From positions 414,222,001 through 414,286,000 of the forward strand of contig OZ024740.1 of assembly GCA_964016885.1 (NCBI GenBank): a DNA stretch of 64,000 bases, given 5' to 3'. Of this stretch, positions 1 to 12,144 are shown one piece after another. A model generated the notes under the pieces. That model worked only from the letters and a program-made list of their open reading frames with translations, ran no database searches and was not told the origin of the DNA. The number at the start of each line of letters is the position of its first letter. Within the stretch, counting starts at the first letter, position 1. Source of the DNA: Eledone cirrhosa. Its lineage: Eukaryota. The translations under genes and the position numbers were made by a program.

Positions 1-374
1 GTCTGTGAATTCGGTGAACATAAGTTCTGTGAAATCGTAGACGAGTCTCTCGTGTACGATTTGGGACTTGACTCGTTCTTCTTCACTTTTCGTTGCTTCA
101 CCATCTTTGTTTGTTTACACTCTCGTGTCCCCTTTATTTACGTGTCCCGACGACTTTTTTTAGCCGCTGCTCGCACCAACCGGAGGTATATGGTCATTAA
201 AGCGATGAAATACCAATGATGGTTGGAAGATCACTGATGAAGGACTAACTTTATTCATATGTAACCCATTCGCAACCACGCAGCGCGTTTATTCTCATAT
301 ATATATATATATGTGTGTGTATGTGCGCGCGTGTGGGCGCGCGTATGTGTGTGTGTGTGTATGTGTATATATAT

Positions 375-900
375 ATAGTAATAATAATAAATTTGAAGAC
401 TAAAATCCAAAGAGGGCTCGATAAGGATAAATATATATCAAATATATAAGAACCATAGAGCAAATATTTATTAAAATAACAGATTAAAGTTTAAGCAAAG
501 AATCGCTGCTTTCACCCTTAACGGGATCTTCTGAAACTAACAAAGTCAATCTGTAAACGCAGTAGTGGATATTTAAAAAAACGTTGCAACCGGAGGAAGA
601 CAGGAAGATGATACTTTGGTTCGTGGAAACGTTCGCTGGCAAAGAACGGGAAAAAACGAATATAATACGTCATTAATAGGAGCGGTGAAAAACAATTACG
701 CGCAAAGACAGAACCACGTTTATGGTATAAAAGAGGTCGTAGACTAATGTTCTCTTAGGTGGTTCATAGAGACGTTCTCTGGCAATGAACGAATAAAACG
801 AAGATAATACGTCATATGTGGAGCGTGGAGAACAATAGCACGCAAAGACAAAACCACGTAAACGGTATAGCAGAAGTCGTAGACTAAAATTCTAATTAGG
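375..900 (-). repeat. 3' pLTR of PLE-1
   Basis: Near-identical to 3646-4171; contains a diverged ~141-bp internal duplication (~628-747 vs ~770-887). Confidence 0.9.
488..538 (-). ncRNA. Type I hammerhead-like motif, family A (U4A core variant)
   Basis: AGTTT|CAGAAGA|TCCC gttaa GGGT|GAAA|GCA gcgattctt TGC|TT|AAACT: all three stems pair, but the core is CAGAAGA instead of CTGANGA. Confidence 0.65.
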
Positions 901-1502
901 AGACCGAATGATTCTCCACTACAGAGTTAAGACCAAAGTAAATAAATACAGTACAGAAGTAATAGAAATAAATAAATACATACACGCAAACAAATACGTA
1001 CATACACAAGCATACGCAAAACACTTACCATAGGTACACAAAACCACGCACATATAAATATGTGTGTGTGTGTGTATGCGTGTATACAAATAAATAAATA
1101 ATTATATAAACGTATATAAATAAATAAATACGTATATAACAAGCGCACACACATACCTACATATAATACATGAATGTTCGGAGACGTAAGTCAACCAAAA
1201 CATGAAGTACACATATACACACACCCTACATACGTACGAACCTGCATACTCACACAGACGCAAAACTCCCGTATACACATAGCCAAACCATATGTACCAG
1301 AATATATAAAATTATACGCCATAACATAAACAATCAAATATACGTACGGAAGGTATACGTACCTTCACAAAACATACGGGTAAAATATACTTACCTATGC
1401 AAATAAGTAATGGTATAAACAAAACATATACTTAGCTCCCACATCAAGACGTAAAATATCCACGTATAAATCGTACTATCCGTTAGGGTATAACGTGGGG
1501 CT

Positions 1503-3604
1503 TTAATACAGGAAAGTTTTGTGTAATTTATGTTTACAAGCCGAAATTGCCTCAGATTTTTTGTTTAAGATGTGGTCTGTGGCGTAGAGTATTTCCAGGG
1601 CCTCAGCGGCGCAGAGGTCACATGGTCTTTTATTTCCGTTATACGATCTAGCCCTAGCTAGGATCTCCCAGTGTAACTTATATTGGGTGTGGTTGTCTTT
1701 TAGACTCCAGATATAAGCTGAAAGTGACGTCATATTCCTTCTTAGAGAGTAACGAAAAGAATGGGTATGCATGTAAAGACGCTGCTTGAATCTATTGGCG
1801 GTTAACCCTGTGTAGGCCCTACGAGACGTGGGTGTTACAACCTTACATTTGTTGACAATGTTACTAGAGAGGCATTTCCCGGATAGGGGGCAATCAACCC
1901 GATTCCTACAATTACAGTTAGTACTAACTACAGGGTTGCACGAGTTCCTACGGCTAGGTAGTTTAGCTAAATTTGAAGCTGTGATGTTATGTGCAAGGTT
2001 AGGAGTCGTAGAGTAAGAAATTTTAATAGTATTTCTATTAAAAGTTTACTATATTTATGTGTAGGGGGAAAATGCTTCGTAATAAGGGAAAGAAAGATCT
2101 TAGCTAATGGTGTGGCCACCTCTATATTATATGGTGGGTTATACCAACAAATGCGACGGGATCTATTTCTTCTAGGTCTATTTTCGTACTCTGTATATGC
2201 TACCTTATCGACAAATCCACTTCGAGCAAGAGCTTCATTGTAATAAGTGGAATGGTCGTTGAAAATACGCTCGTTGGTGGAAAGACGGGAAAGCCTCAAC
2301 GAAACGTTTCTTACCAGGTTCTTGGTTATGCTGGCAGGATGGTTGGAATGCTTACTTATGTAATTAAGCGGATCATTCGGCTTTCTATACGGGTAATACA
2401 ACCCATTCAATAAATTGAGGGTAACGTCGAGGTAATTAACGACCGAGAGATTGGCCTCAACCTGTATAGAGAGGTTGAAGCCTTTAAAGAAGGCTGTGAG
2501 TTCTTTTCTGAACCTGTCGCAAGCACGAGGTCGGCACTTAGTCATGGTCAAAAGACCATCGTCACGGTAAAAACCACCTCCCGCGTTGGGGAATTCGTCC
2601 TTGATAGAGAAAAGAAGGAAAAGGCCGATAAGATCAGTAACCTCCGCAGAATCACTGGCGCCCATACTCACGTCGAATGGGGTACTATTGGATTTTTTAA
2701 TCCAAATAGAGTCGTCGAAATTAATCACCGACTTTCGGGCATTGAGGATGACATCGACTTCGAAATACTTAACCATTGTGAGTGTTTTAGCGAAATTGAT
2801 AGCTCTAAGGAGAAGTGGTAAAGTGATGGAGGAGTAGTAATTGTTGATGTCGAATTGGATAAAACGGCAATGTTCCTTGTTACATATGCCGTTGAACCAA
2901 TCAATCACCGCGAAAGAATTGTTCCACAGTGCAAGAGGGGCCAAACTTCTAATTTCAGGTATAATTCTATCAAGAATCGTTTTACTAAGTCTACCTAAAT
3001 CGGACTTCGTAGTGTTAATTAGCCGAATAGAGAGGTTGTTCGGAAAATTGGATTTGTGATCCTTTAGGGTAAAGTGGGGAGAAATAGGGTCCAGAGGTTC
3101 TGTCTGGTCCAGGATGTTGAGATCAGATGTGATTTTAAACCCAGCATCGTTGATTTCATTGATGACGCACCGATTAGTTTTACGGTAATCTTTAGTTACA
3201 GCATTATGTAGTAGTTGATGGTAAGTACTGCGCTCCACTTGATATAGGTTGCCAGTTTTGTCGGAATGGACGTGCACGGCATTAGAATCCTTAATAGAAC
3301 GAATTCTATTCTTCAGGTCCTGCTGGAAGGAATTGCTCCTATTCCGAAATCTGATACTCCGAATGAGTTCCAAGACATCATTTTCGAAGGGTAGCAATGC
3401 TGGGTTACACGGGGGGTTATTATAGGTTTTAAATCCAAATTTATCCTGTTTGTTGTCTGCTTTTCGCGGATTATCGAAATAAAAGGCACGCCAACGCAAC
3501 CTTTTAATGAACGCGTCTGTTTTCTGTATCAGGAGTTTTGGGTATATTTTCCTGCTTGGTACGGGTATGTTCTTTGTAGAAATATTCAGATGTTGTTTCT
3601 GCAT
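1503..3604 (-). pseudogene. PLE reverse transcriptase + C-terminal GIY-YIG endonuclease (~700 aa) with one frameshift
   Basis: ORF 1967-3604: DKTGN, TLKDHK, QFDINNYYSSI, FDVSMGASD, FYRDD, YLDVTL, HSNHP, WYNPPY. Adding one base in the A-run at ~2040-2043 reads LFNRNTIKISYS..CNCRNRVDCPLSGKC..IVNKC..AYTGLT..FKQR..H into ORF 1503-1772 (CDLC..E..LNKKSE..CKH). Confidence 0.9.
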
Positions 3605-3645
3605 GATGAATATAAGTCAGTAGAGTGCGCAACCGAGGGAGCCAA

Positions 3646-4171
3646 ATAGTAATAATAATAAATTTGAAGACTAAAATCCAAAGAGGGCTCGATAAGGATA
3701 AATATATATCAAATATATAAGAACCGTAGAGCAAATATTTATTAAAATAACAGATTAAAGTTTAAGCAAAGAATCGCTGCTTTCACCCTTAACGGGATCT
3801 TCTGAAACTAACAAAGTCAATCTGTAAACGCAGAAGTGGATATTTAAAAACACGTTGCAACCGGAGAAAGACAGGAAGACGATACTTTGGTTTGTGGAAA
3901 CGTTCGCTGGCAAAGAACGGGAAAAAACGAATAAGATACGTCATTAATAGGAGCGGTGAAAAACAATTACGCGCAAAGACAGAACCACGTTTATGGTATA
4001 AATGAGGTCGTAGACTAATGTTCTCTTAGGTGGTTCCTAGAGACGTTCTCTGGCAATGAACGAAAAAAACGAAGATAATACGTCATATGTGGAGCGTGGA
4101 GAACAATAGCACGCAAAGACAAAACCACGTAAATGGTATAGCAGAAGTCGTAGACTAAAATTCTAACTAGG
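3646..4171 (-). repeat. 5' direct pLTR of PLE-1
   Basis: Near-identical to 375-900. Confidence 0.9.
3759..3809 (-). ncRNA. Hammerhead-like motif, family A, copy 2
   Basis: Same sequence as 488-538, in the 5' pLTR. Confidence 0.65.
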
Positions 4172-4415
4172 TTCTGTCTTTGCGCGTAATTGTTTTTCAC
4201 CGCTCCTATTAATGACGTATTATATTCGTTTTTTCCCGTTCTTTGCCAGCGAACGTTTCCACGAACCACAGTATCGTCTTCCTGTCTTCCTCCGGTTGCA
4301 ACGTTTTTTTAAATATCCACTTCTGCGTTTATAGATTGACTTTCTTAGTTTCAGAAGATCCCGTTAAGGGTGAAAGCACCGATTCTTTGCTTAAACTTTA
4401 ATCTGTTATTTTAAT
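4170..4415 (+). repeat. Inverted partial pLTR of PLE-1
   Basis: Reverse complement of ~3741-3986; ends in (TA)n. Confidence 0.9.
4347..4397 (+). ncRNA. Hammerhead-like motif, family A, copy 3 (inverted pLTR)
   Basis: Same fold; its single substitution lies in loop III. Confidence 0.65.
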
Positions 4416-4650
4416 TATATATATATATATATATATTTCGTTTCTGAATTTGTTTAGCAAGGTTCTTTATCTGAAATCGTGTGTTAAAACCGATATTGTT
4501 ATACTTTGGGAGGGTCATGTTGCCAATAAGAAACACACGCACCAGTTGCTTTCACTTCAATTTATTATATATTTATAAATTTACAAATTTATAAATTTAT
4601 AAATTTCTGGTTGGTTGGTTGGTTCCACAACCAGATAGTTGTTTATATAT

Positions 4651-4695
4651 AGTCATAGTCCTTTCGTCACACACTCTGTGACCTCTTCAGTGACT
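4651..4695 (-). ncRNA. Minimal type I hammerhead, family B
   Basis: AGTCA|CTGAAGA|g GTCAC agagtgt GTGAC|GAAA|GGAC|TA|TGACT; 5-bp stem I, 5-bp stem II, minimal stem III, one extra G after A9. Confidence 0.8.
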
Positions 4696-4911
4696 GGGGA
4701 TTCCTTTCTTTGTTTCTGTGCCTCTCCTTTGTTCTGTCCTACGCCATTTTGTTTCTGTGTGTGTGTTGTGTGCTCAGTTTGCGCATGCGCCACATCCGGG
4801 TGTCTGTGTGTGTTTATGTTCATTTATCTATTTGTTTATTTATTTATTTATTTATTTTCATGTTATTGGTTGGTTGTTTGTTCTATGTGTGTGTGTGTTT
4901 TCATTTTGTCC

Positions 4912-5301
4912 TTAATTGTAAGTTGTGATGTTGCTGTTCCACTCATATTTTCTATTTAATTTTGGTTGTAATTCTTTTATGTTTATTGCCTCTGTAATTT
5001 GTCTAAACATTGCATCTTTTCTGTGTGTAGATTCTATTTTTATTTCTATGTTCTCTAATTTACCCTTGTGTTCTATCTTAGCATGTTGGTAGAGTACAGA
5101 TGATTCTTTATTATCTTGAAGGTCTCGCCAGTGTTCATTTATCCGTTCCCCTATACTACGAGCTGTCTCACCTCTGTACACTATATTTTTGTTTCTACAT
5201 TGTCCTTCAGTACATCTTATGCTATACACTACATTTCTAGTTTTACAGTTAATATGGGGGCTTATTTTACAGGTTATACATTTCTTATCTATACATGACA
5301 A
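4912..5301 (-). pseudogene. GIY-YIG endonuclease domain of a truncated PLE
   Basis: CITC..HINCKTRNVVYSIRC..C..VYRGETARSIGERINEH..LYQH..H..RQITEAINIKELQPKLN..EW: CCHC linker plus VVY/YxG/R/E/N GIY-YIG motifs. Confidence 0.88.
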
Positions 5302-5604
5302 ATTACAGAGGCAATAAACATAAAAGAATTACAACCAAAATTAAATAGAAAATATGAGTGGAACAGCAACATCACAACTTACAATTAAGGACAAAATGAA
5401 AACACACACACACATAGAACAAACAACCAACCAATAACATGTAAATAAATAAATAAATAAATAAACAAATAGATAAATGAACATAAACACACACAGACAC
5501 CCGGATGTGGCGAATGCGCAAACTGAGCACACAACACACACACAGAAACAAAATGGCGTAGGACAGAACAAAGGAGAGGCACAGAAACAAAGAAAGGAAT
5601 CCCC

Positions 5605-5649
5605 AGTCACTGAAGAGGTCACAGAGTGTGTGACGAAAGGACTATAACT
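5605..5649 (+). ncRNA. Minimal type I hammerhead, family B, copy 2
   Basis: Inverted copy; stem I 3' strand is TAACT (one mismatch). Confidence 0.7.
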
Positions 5650-6333
5650 ATATATAAACAACTATCTGGTTGTGGAACCAACCAACCAACCAGAAATTTA
5701 TAAATTTATAAATTTGTAAATTTATAAATATATAATAAATTGAAGTGAAAGCAACTGGTGCGTGTGTTTCTTATTGGCAACATGACCCTCCCAAAGTATA
5801 ACAATATATATATATATATATATATATAAACAAACCCATTTTTAGATGTTATCTGCTAAATCATTACCTAACGTTAACGTTTCTATTATACACTTTGTAA
5901 TTCGCATTAATATCTACCACATATGATATAGTACAAATTGAAGTTTACATTAAATATTTATAGCATTCCCTCTATACGTTATAGGTCGTAAGATAGAAAA
6001 AATCAACATCATATTATATGTTGAAATATATTTGTCAAAACTTTCGCCCAAGATCAACATAATGTGATACAGCTGCAATTTAGAAGGCTTTCAAGCTATA
6101 TAATTTTACAGAATGAAGTTTACAAAAATAGTTACATTGTTTCACAATATTAGATGTTTACACTAATATTTACACGGAACATACTGAATTTTACATCAAA
6201 TATTTACAACATTATGCTAATATGATTATAAATAACAAGATGCAGGAACTTAATCTCACATTACATCTTGAGACATATTAAATATGTATGAACAACATTC
6301 ATATATATATATATGTGTGTGTATGTATATATT

Positions 6334-6375
<42 letters not shown>

Positions 6376-6697
6376 TGTGTGTGTCAAAGAAAGTAATAGC
6401 ACATTCTGACATTCTGTATTTTGAATGTGTAAAATTATGTTTCTACTATTCGTATTTGTGCTTAATGCTACATACATTTAGCCATGATTAAATACAGATT
6501 TTTGGAAAGGACAGTAAAGAATTTCCCCCTTTTTTTCAAAATAATGGGTAGTGTTGTATCATTTACGACTAAATCCACTCATAATTTTTATCTATAAAGA
6601 AAGACAGAAGAAATAAGGTGACAATTGCAGCTTCTATCATAATGCAATTGTAACCTAAGCAAACATGAAAGAACAGCCGAACTCATATTATTTCCTC

Positions 6698-6887
6698 GGT
6701 GGATTGGCAGTATCGGTAGAAGGTCGGCCGCCATGCTTTGCAGCATAGAGTTACGGCCCTTTATGGTTTGATTTCAAATCCCGCCGATGTTAACTTTGCC
6801 TTTCATCCTTACGGGGTCGATAAAACACAGTACCAGTAATACACTGGGATAATTGCTGGCCTTGTGCCAAAAGTAGAAACAATTATT
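6698..6887 (+). mobile_element. tRNA-derived SINE with Nin/Deu-like central domain
   Basis: A-box-like TGGCAGTATCGG, B-box-like TTTCAAATCCC, GCCTTTCATCCTTACGGGGTCGATAAAA core, ATT tail; TSD ATTATTTCCTC at 6687-6697 and 6882-6892; four more copies in the window. Confidence 0.85.
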
Positions 6888-8340
6888 TCCTCTTCAGCTA
6901 CTAGGGTTAATTTCTTCATTGATATTCTAAGCTTCTAACGCTCTGAAAATAAACCTAGTACCACTCAGTAGGCTTTTCTTGTGAGTAAAGTCATGCATGG
7001 GCATTATAAGTGAACCAACGTTTAGATTTATCTCATGGGAAGGTAAAGCCGAAGGAATATTCTCTCCTGATGAACTAAAGTTTAAAGCTGGTTCAAAAAT
7101 TATTTAGTGTTGTTTAGCATAATATATTCTATAATTTCAACTAGCAGGCGATTGAAAAATATTATTTAGTCGCAAAGTCGTAAAATATCTTTGGATTTTT
7201 TTAGTTTTAGATTATTTTCTTGAAAACATATTTAATATAATTGTTGCTGCTTGTCTATGTTAGATAATTACCTTAATTTTTACATTAGTTCTTATGGCAT
7301 TTCAGTGATGTTTGTATCTAAATTATCATAATTACTTATAGGCCTGTTTCTTATTTACAGCATTCACTGACTGAATGCTTCATTACCACGTGATTTCGTG
7401 TTGGTGAGATATCTTAGCATCTTCACGTGTCTCTGCGTTAGAGATTGTTTAAAGCAATTCTCTATTATATCTGTTTTCGAGCCTCTTGGAACTATGCATG
7501 TTGTTTGACAAAAATCTCTACAAAAATCTCAAAAAATCTCCGAAGAAGAAACTTTCATCCGAATGTCATATTGTTCATCATGATTTTCAATAAAATATCT
7601 TATTTATATAGTTAGTACCCAGATAACATTGACACCATCTACTGAAAGTCGAACATTGACACCATCAAATGAAAGTTCCAAGTTGTAAATGGAATAATGA
7701 TGTCAACGTGATTGACTCCTGATGTTTCTCAGATATTCGGAAACGTCACAGTCGATGGATCTGAACTTTACTTTATGGCATCTCTTAGTAAATAAATTAT
7801 TACAAGAAAATGATTTGCTCCACATCACTGACATCTTACGTTAAAGTCTCCACAGAAATAATGTTCAGCATTTGATTCAGAAAATGTTACATTATTCATG
7901 TGGCTCATCTTAGTATTTCGGACATAACTCATGTTTCAGTATAAAATATCTTCAAATCAATTTCTGGTCCATTTTTTATTCTTTCAGCAGTTCTTATTAT
8001 TCTATTTTCTCGACGTGCATCTCATTATTCTTGAGTTTTATCTTCTAATCTTATCGTATGTCATCTATTCTTTCTCTTTAGTCTTTAATTTGATTTTCTA
8101 ATTATGTAGCAAACCCTTTTTTTAGACACTTATTTTTTAAAGTTTTGAGTTCTTAACTATCGTTAGGAAATTTTATTGACACTATTTCCTTTATTCTATT
8201 CATTTTTTCGTTGTACTTTAATTTCATTCAACACTCTAGATGTATCTTATTAATTATCTGATTCGTTCAGTGTAGTGTGTGGATTATATATTAATACTAT
8301 TGACAATATGCCTCAGAGGCTGCAGTTTACAACAATACTA

Positions 8341-8344
<4 letters not shown>

Positions 8345-8406
<62 letters not shown>
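8345..8406. repeat. (CTAT)n microsatellite
   Basis: Direct reading. Confidence 0.95.
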
Positions 8407-8499
8407 TGTGTCTATTTGTGTGTAGCAATAGTTCATGACCACAGAAATTGGCCAATTCGTTGAAATGTACAAATTAGCCGAAATGTCGACCAGATGCAT

Positions 8500-11290
8500 A
8501 ATTTGTACTTACCCGATAAACTTGTACGTATCGCGTGGGCCATCGGACTGTTCTCCCAGATTTGGTGTGTCGGGGTGGTGCAGAATTTGTCGTGTTTGTG
8601 TCGGGCAAAGTTGTTGGTGAGTCTGCTGGAGAAACACTGGGTACTGGTGGCAATTCCTGTTCTATGAATGCTTTTTTTAAACGATCATGGAGACGGTATT
8701 TCGTTTCCCGTTCAAGTCGAGGACGAAATACTTAGGGCGTTTCTGTATCACCTTATAGGGCCCGGAATACGGCGGACGAAGTTGCGATGGAATACCGTCA
8801 TTTCTAACGAAAACATGCGTCCATGTATCGATGTTTTTTGGCATGTGTGAAGTAACGTGCTGTTGTTTAGGGGCTGAAGCAGACAGATGCGACATCGATG
8901 ACCGTAAATTTGGGGTCTGGAAGTTCTTGTGGCGAAACAGGAGCGATCATTTGTCCGGGTAGAGTGAGTACGGTGCCATACAACATTTCAGCTGGAGAAT
9001 GTCCGACTCCCTCCTTAACAGTGGAACGAATACTAGGAAGAATGAGTGGGATTTATTCGAACCAGTTAGTGGAGTCTTCGTAAGCCTTGATAGATGCTTT
9101 TAGCTGGCGGTGGAAGCGTTCTACCATGCCGTTAGCGGCAGGGTGATACGCTGTTGTACGGATGTGTTTTCACCCGAGGAGACGAGTCAGCTCGGTAAAG
9201 AGGTGCGAATCGAACTGACGTCCTCTATCCGTAGTGATGGTCGCGGGTGTGCCGAAACGCGAAACCCAGTGAAACACTAGCGTTTTGGCGACAATTTCCG
9301 CAGTAATATCCGTCAGGGGAAAAGCTTCTGGTCAGCGAGAAAATCTGTCTACACAGGTGAGAAGATGAGTGTAGTTGTGAGAAGGAGGCAAAGGTCCAAC
9401 GATGTCTATATGCACATGTTGGAACCGTGCATCTGGTGTTGCGAAAGAACCGATCGGAGCTTTGATGTGCCAGTGAATTTTCGCCTTCTGGCACGCGATT
9501 CAGTTCCTAGCCCATTCGCGAGTGTCCTTGTTGATGTTGGGCCACACAAAGCGGGCAACCATCAGTTTCTGCGTGGCGCGGAAGCCAGGATGTGCCAGAG
9601 AATGCAGTGCCGAGAAAACGTCGCGTCGATGTTTCCGGAGCACGTATGGGCGCTCGTGGCCTGTGGAGATATCGCACCAAATATAACCCGAAGAAGAGGG
9701 CAGCAGGCATTCCTTCAATTTCAAGGATGATTTCCGGAGTTGCAGCAGTTCCTCGTCATCTTGTTGATCCGCTGCAATCCTCTGTAGGTCGATAGTGGCA
9801 GTGGTGTGGATTGCGTTAAGCTCCATGCGCGATAGGGCATCAGCTGCTGAGTTGGTGGCACCCTTAATGTACCGAATATCAGTAGTGTACTGAGATATGA
9901 AGTCCAGATGTCGGACCTCCCTGGGTGAGTGTCGGTCAGGCTTGGCGTTGAACGCGTACACTAGTGGTTTGTGGTCGGTGTATATAGAGAACACACGACC
10001 TTCTAGCATGTGTCGAAAATGCTTGACAGCATGGTATGCTGCCAATAATTCACGACTGAATGTGCTGTATTTAGTTTCGGCGGGTTTTAATCGTTTAGAG
10101 AAAAAAAGATACAGGTCGCCAAATATCGCCAGAGAGTTGTTGAAGACACCTCCAACTCCGAAATCGGATGCATCAGTCAATAAACACATTGGGGCGTCAG
10201 GTTTGGGGTAACTCAGCATTGTAGCCTCGGACAACATTTTCTTCAACTCAGCGAAAGCGGTACATTCTTTTTCGCTGAGATTGATGTTTGCGTTTTTGGT
10301 TGTACGCTGCTGCAGCAAATCTGTGAGTGGTTGGGCTGTCTCTGCACAGTGGGGTATAAATCTTCTGTAGAAGTTTACCAGGCCAAGAAATTCTCGCAGT
10401 TTGCAGAGAGATGTTGGTTGTGGAAAATCAATGATGGATTTGACTTTCTACTTAAGTGGGCGAATACCATCTTTGTCAATGATGTGTCCCAGAAGATGAA
10501 GGGACGCAACTCCGAACTCACATTTGCTGGGGTTGATAACAATTCCGTATTCACGCAAACGTGTGAATAGGAGTTACAGGTGTTTCTCATGTACTTCATC
10601 GGAGCTGCTGGCCACCAGTACGTCGTCAATGTATGCGTATACAAAAGGTAGACCTCTGGTGGCTGTATCGATGAATCGATGGAATGTCTGCGCTGCATTT
10701 CGCAAACCGAAAGGCATACGCAGAAATTCGAACATTCCAAAGTGTGTTGTGACGGCGGTCTTAGGAATATCTGCGGGCTCAACGGGTATCTGATTGTAAG
10801 CTCGCAAAAGATCGATCTTCGAAAATGTGCGAGCCCCGTGCAGCGAGCTAGAGAAGTCCTGTAGATGAGGCACTTCATAAGAGTCAGGAACGGTGCAGTT
10901 GTTCAGTACACGGTAGTCGCCACAGATTCGCCAGTCGTTCGACGACTTCTTGGGTACACAGTGTATGGGTGAGGACCAGTTGCTGCTGGACGGACGTATG
11001 ATGCCGAGATCCAGCATATGCTGAAATTCTTGTTTGACGGACTTCAGCCGGTCTGGTCGTAGCCTTCTAGGTCGTGCAGCGACAGGTGCGCCGTGTGTTT
11101 TTATGTGGTGTGTGACGTCATGTTTTACAGGGCAAGCGTTGAATAGTGGTCGAGGTACGTCTGGGTATTTGTTGATGATGTGGTTGTGCCGGGTTGTTGT
11201 TGTCGATCGTGAAATGACTGGACCGACTGTGGCTGTCCTAGCGTAGCGGCTATGCTGCGCACAGCGAGACCAGTGGAGTTGTCAACGAGT
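8500..11290 (-). pseudogene. Gypsy pol (RT, RNase H, integrase), frameshifted
   Basis: RT: [35 protein letters not shown]. RNase H: TDASD, RELLA, YTDHKPL, ADALSR. Integrase: H..AHPG, TDRGRQF, AYHP.ANGMVERFHR, PYSGPYKV. Confidence 0.92.
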
Positions 11291-12092
11291 GGTTGGTTTT
11301 TCAGGTGAACACATTTCTGGTGAATCCCGAGATGCCCTCGGACTTCTTGAGCGACCACCAAATCGGCGAGTTCGACTGTTGGACCGACGCGTGGCAGGGT
11401 TGCCCAGTGACAAGGCCTGAATTTGCTGCGTCAAGGCCTGTATCTGTGTTGCTTGCTGTGCCAGTAACTGGTGTAGATCGGGCATCTCTGTGGCACTGGC
11501 GGTCTGAAGGAAAGGATTGGTGGGAAGCACGACTGGCGTCACATTCGCTAAAGTTGAGTGCGGATGTGGTACCTCCATAATCTTATCTGCCAGTTCGGCG
11601 AGTTCTTCTATGGTGGTGGACTCCCTGGTGGATGCTAGTACAACTTGTGTGGCAGAAGGCAAACGCTGGAGGAAGAGTTGCTTGAAAATTTCATCCGGGA
11701 GTTTATGTTCTCCCAGAAGCTGCTTCATTCGCCGTAGGAGTTGCGTCGGCTTTTTATCTCCTAATTCCTCCGATATGAGGAGCTGGTGCAAACGTTTCTG
11801 CTGCGACTCCGACGTCCGCTTAACTAATGTTCTTTTAAATGTGTCAAATGACACAGAGCCGGGTGGTGCTAAAATGAGGTCTCGAACCTCATTCATAATC
11901 TCCGGAGACATCGAACTGATGACATGTGTGAGACGGGATGCCTCGCTAACGATCCGGTTCGATGCGAACTGCGCTTCGATGTGCGCGAACCACAGTGTTG
12001 GATCGTGCACTCAGAATGGTGGACTTCTTAATGTAAATGCCGCTCTGACTGCCATTTCTGCCGTAGATGAATCGTCGTGTGCTAGAGACATC
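11282..12092 (-). pseudogene. Gypsy gag
   Basis: MSLAH..RSPPF*VHDPTLWFAHIEAQF..EELGDKKPTQLLRRM..LFLQRLP..LAELADKIME; the expected Trp of PPFW is a TGA stop. Confidence 0.85.
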
Positions 12093-12131
12093 GTGTGTAG
12101 TGGATGATCAGAAGTGTGTGTGTCTGTTTTA

Positions 12132-12142
12132 CGGGGTCACCA
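12132..12142 (-). promoter_or_regulatory. Primer binding site TGGTGACCCCG (tRNA-Trp type)
   Basis: Lies 2 nt after ..TTACA (LTR end); complementary to the usual eukaryotic tRNA-Trp 3' end CGGGGUCACCA. Confidence 0.75.
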
Positions 12143-12144
12143 GT

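Larger units (their letters stand above)
375..4415 (-). mobile_element. Penelope-like retroelement PLE-1, near full length: direct pLTRs flanking an RT + GIY-YIG ORF, plus an inverted partial pLTR at the 5' end
   Basis: Direct repeats 375-900 and 3646-4171 (offset 3271); 4170-4415 is the reverse complement of ~3741-3986; flanked by (TA)n/(TG)n; ORF has PLE RT motifs. The KDHK..RLI..KS and FDVxMG..D.AE..YRDD signature resembles the Hydra group of C-terminal-EN PLEs (clade call is inference). Confidence 0.93.
4437..5806 (-). mobile_element. 5'-truncated PLE (second family) with ~510-bp inverted arms
   Basis: Arms ~4494-5003 and ~5297-5806 are reverse complements; the centre encodes a GIY-YIG domain; (TA)n on both sides. 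Confidence 0.9.

Noticed and set aside
205-260. CTGATGA at 234-240 with an upstream GAAA
   Set aside because: No consistent stems I-III could be formed; not called a hammerhead.
6698-6790. tRNA gene (A/B boxes; also at 31755 and 28030-28099)
   Set aside because: These are SINE heads with conserved bodies (and TSDs in the first family); no intact cloverleaf.
7400-7800. Possible very old PLE RT remnant on the minus strand (similar hints at 14400-15200 and 30950-31150)
   Set aside because: Only fragmentary motif resemblance; cannot be supported without an HMM search.
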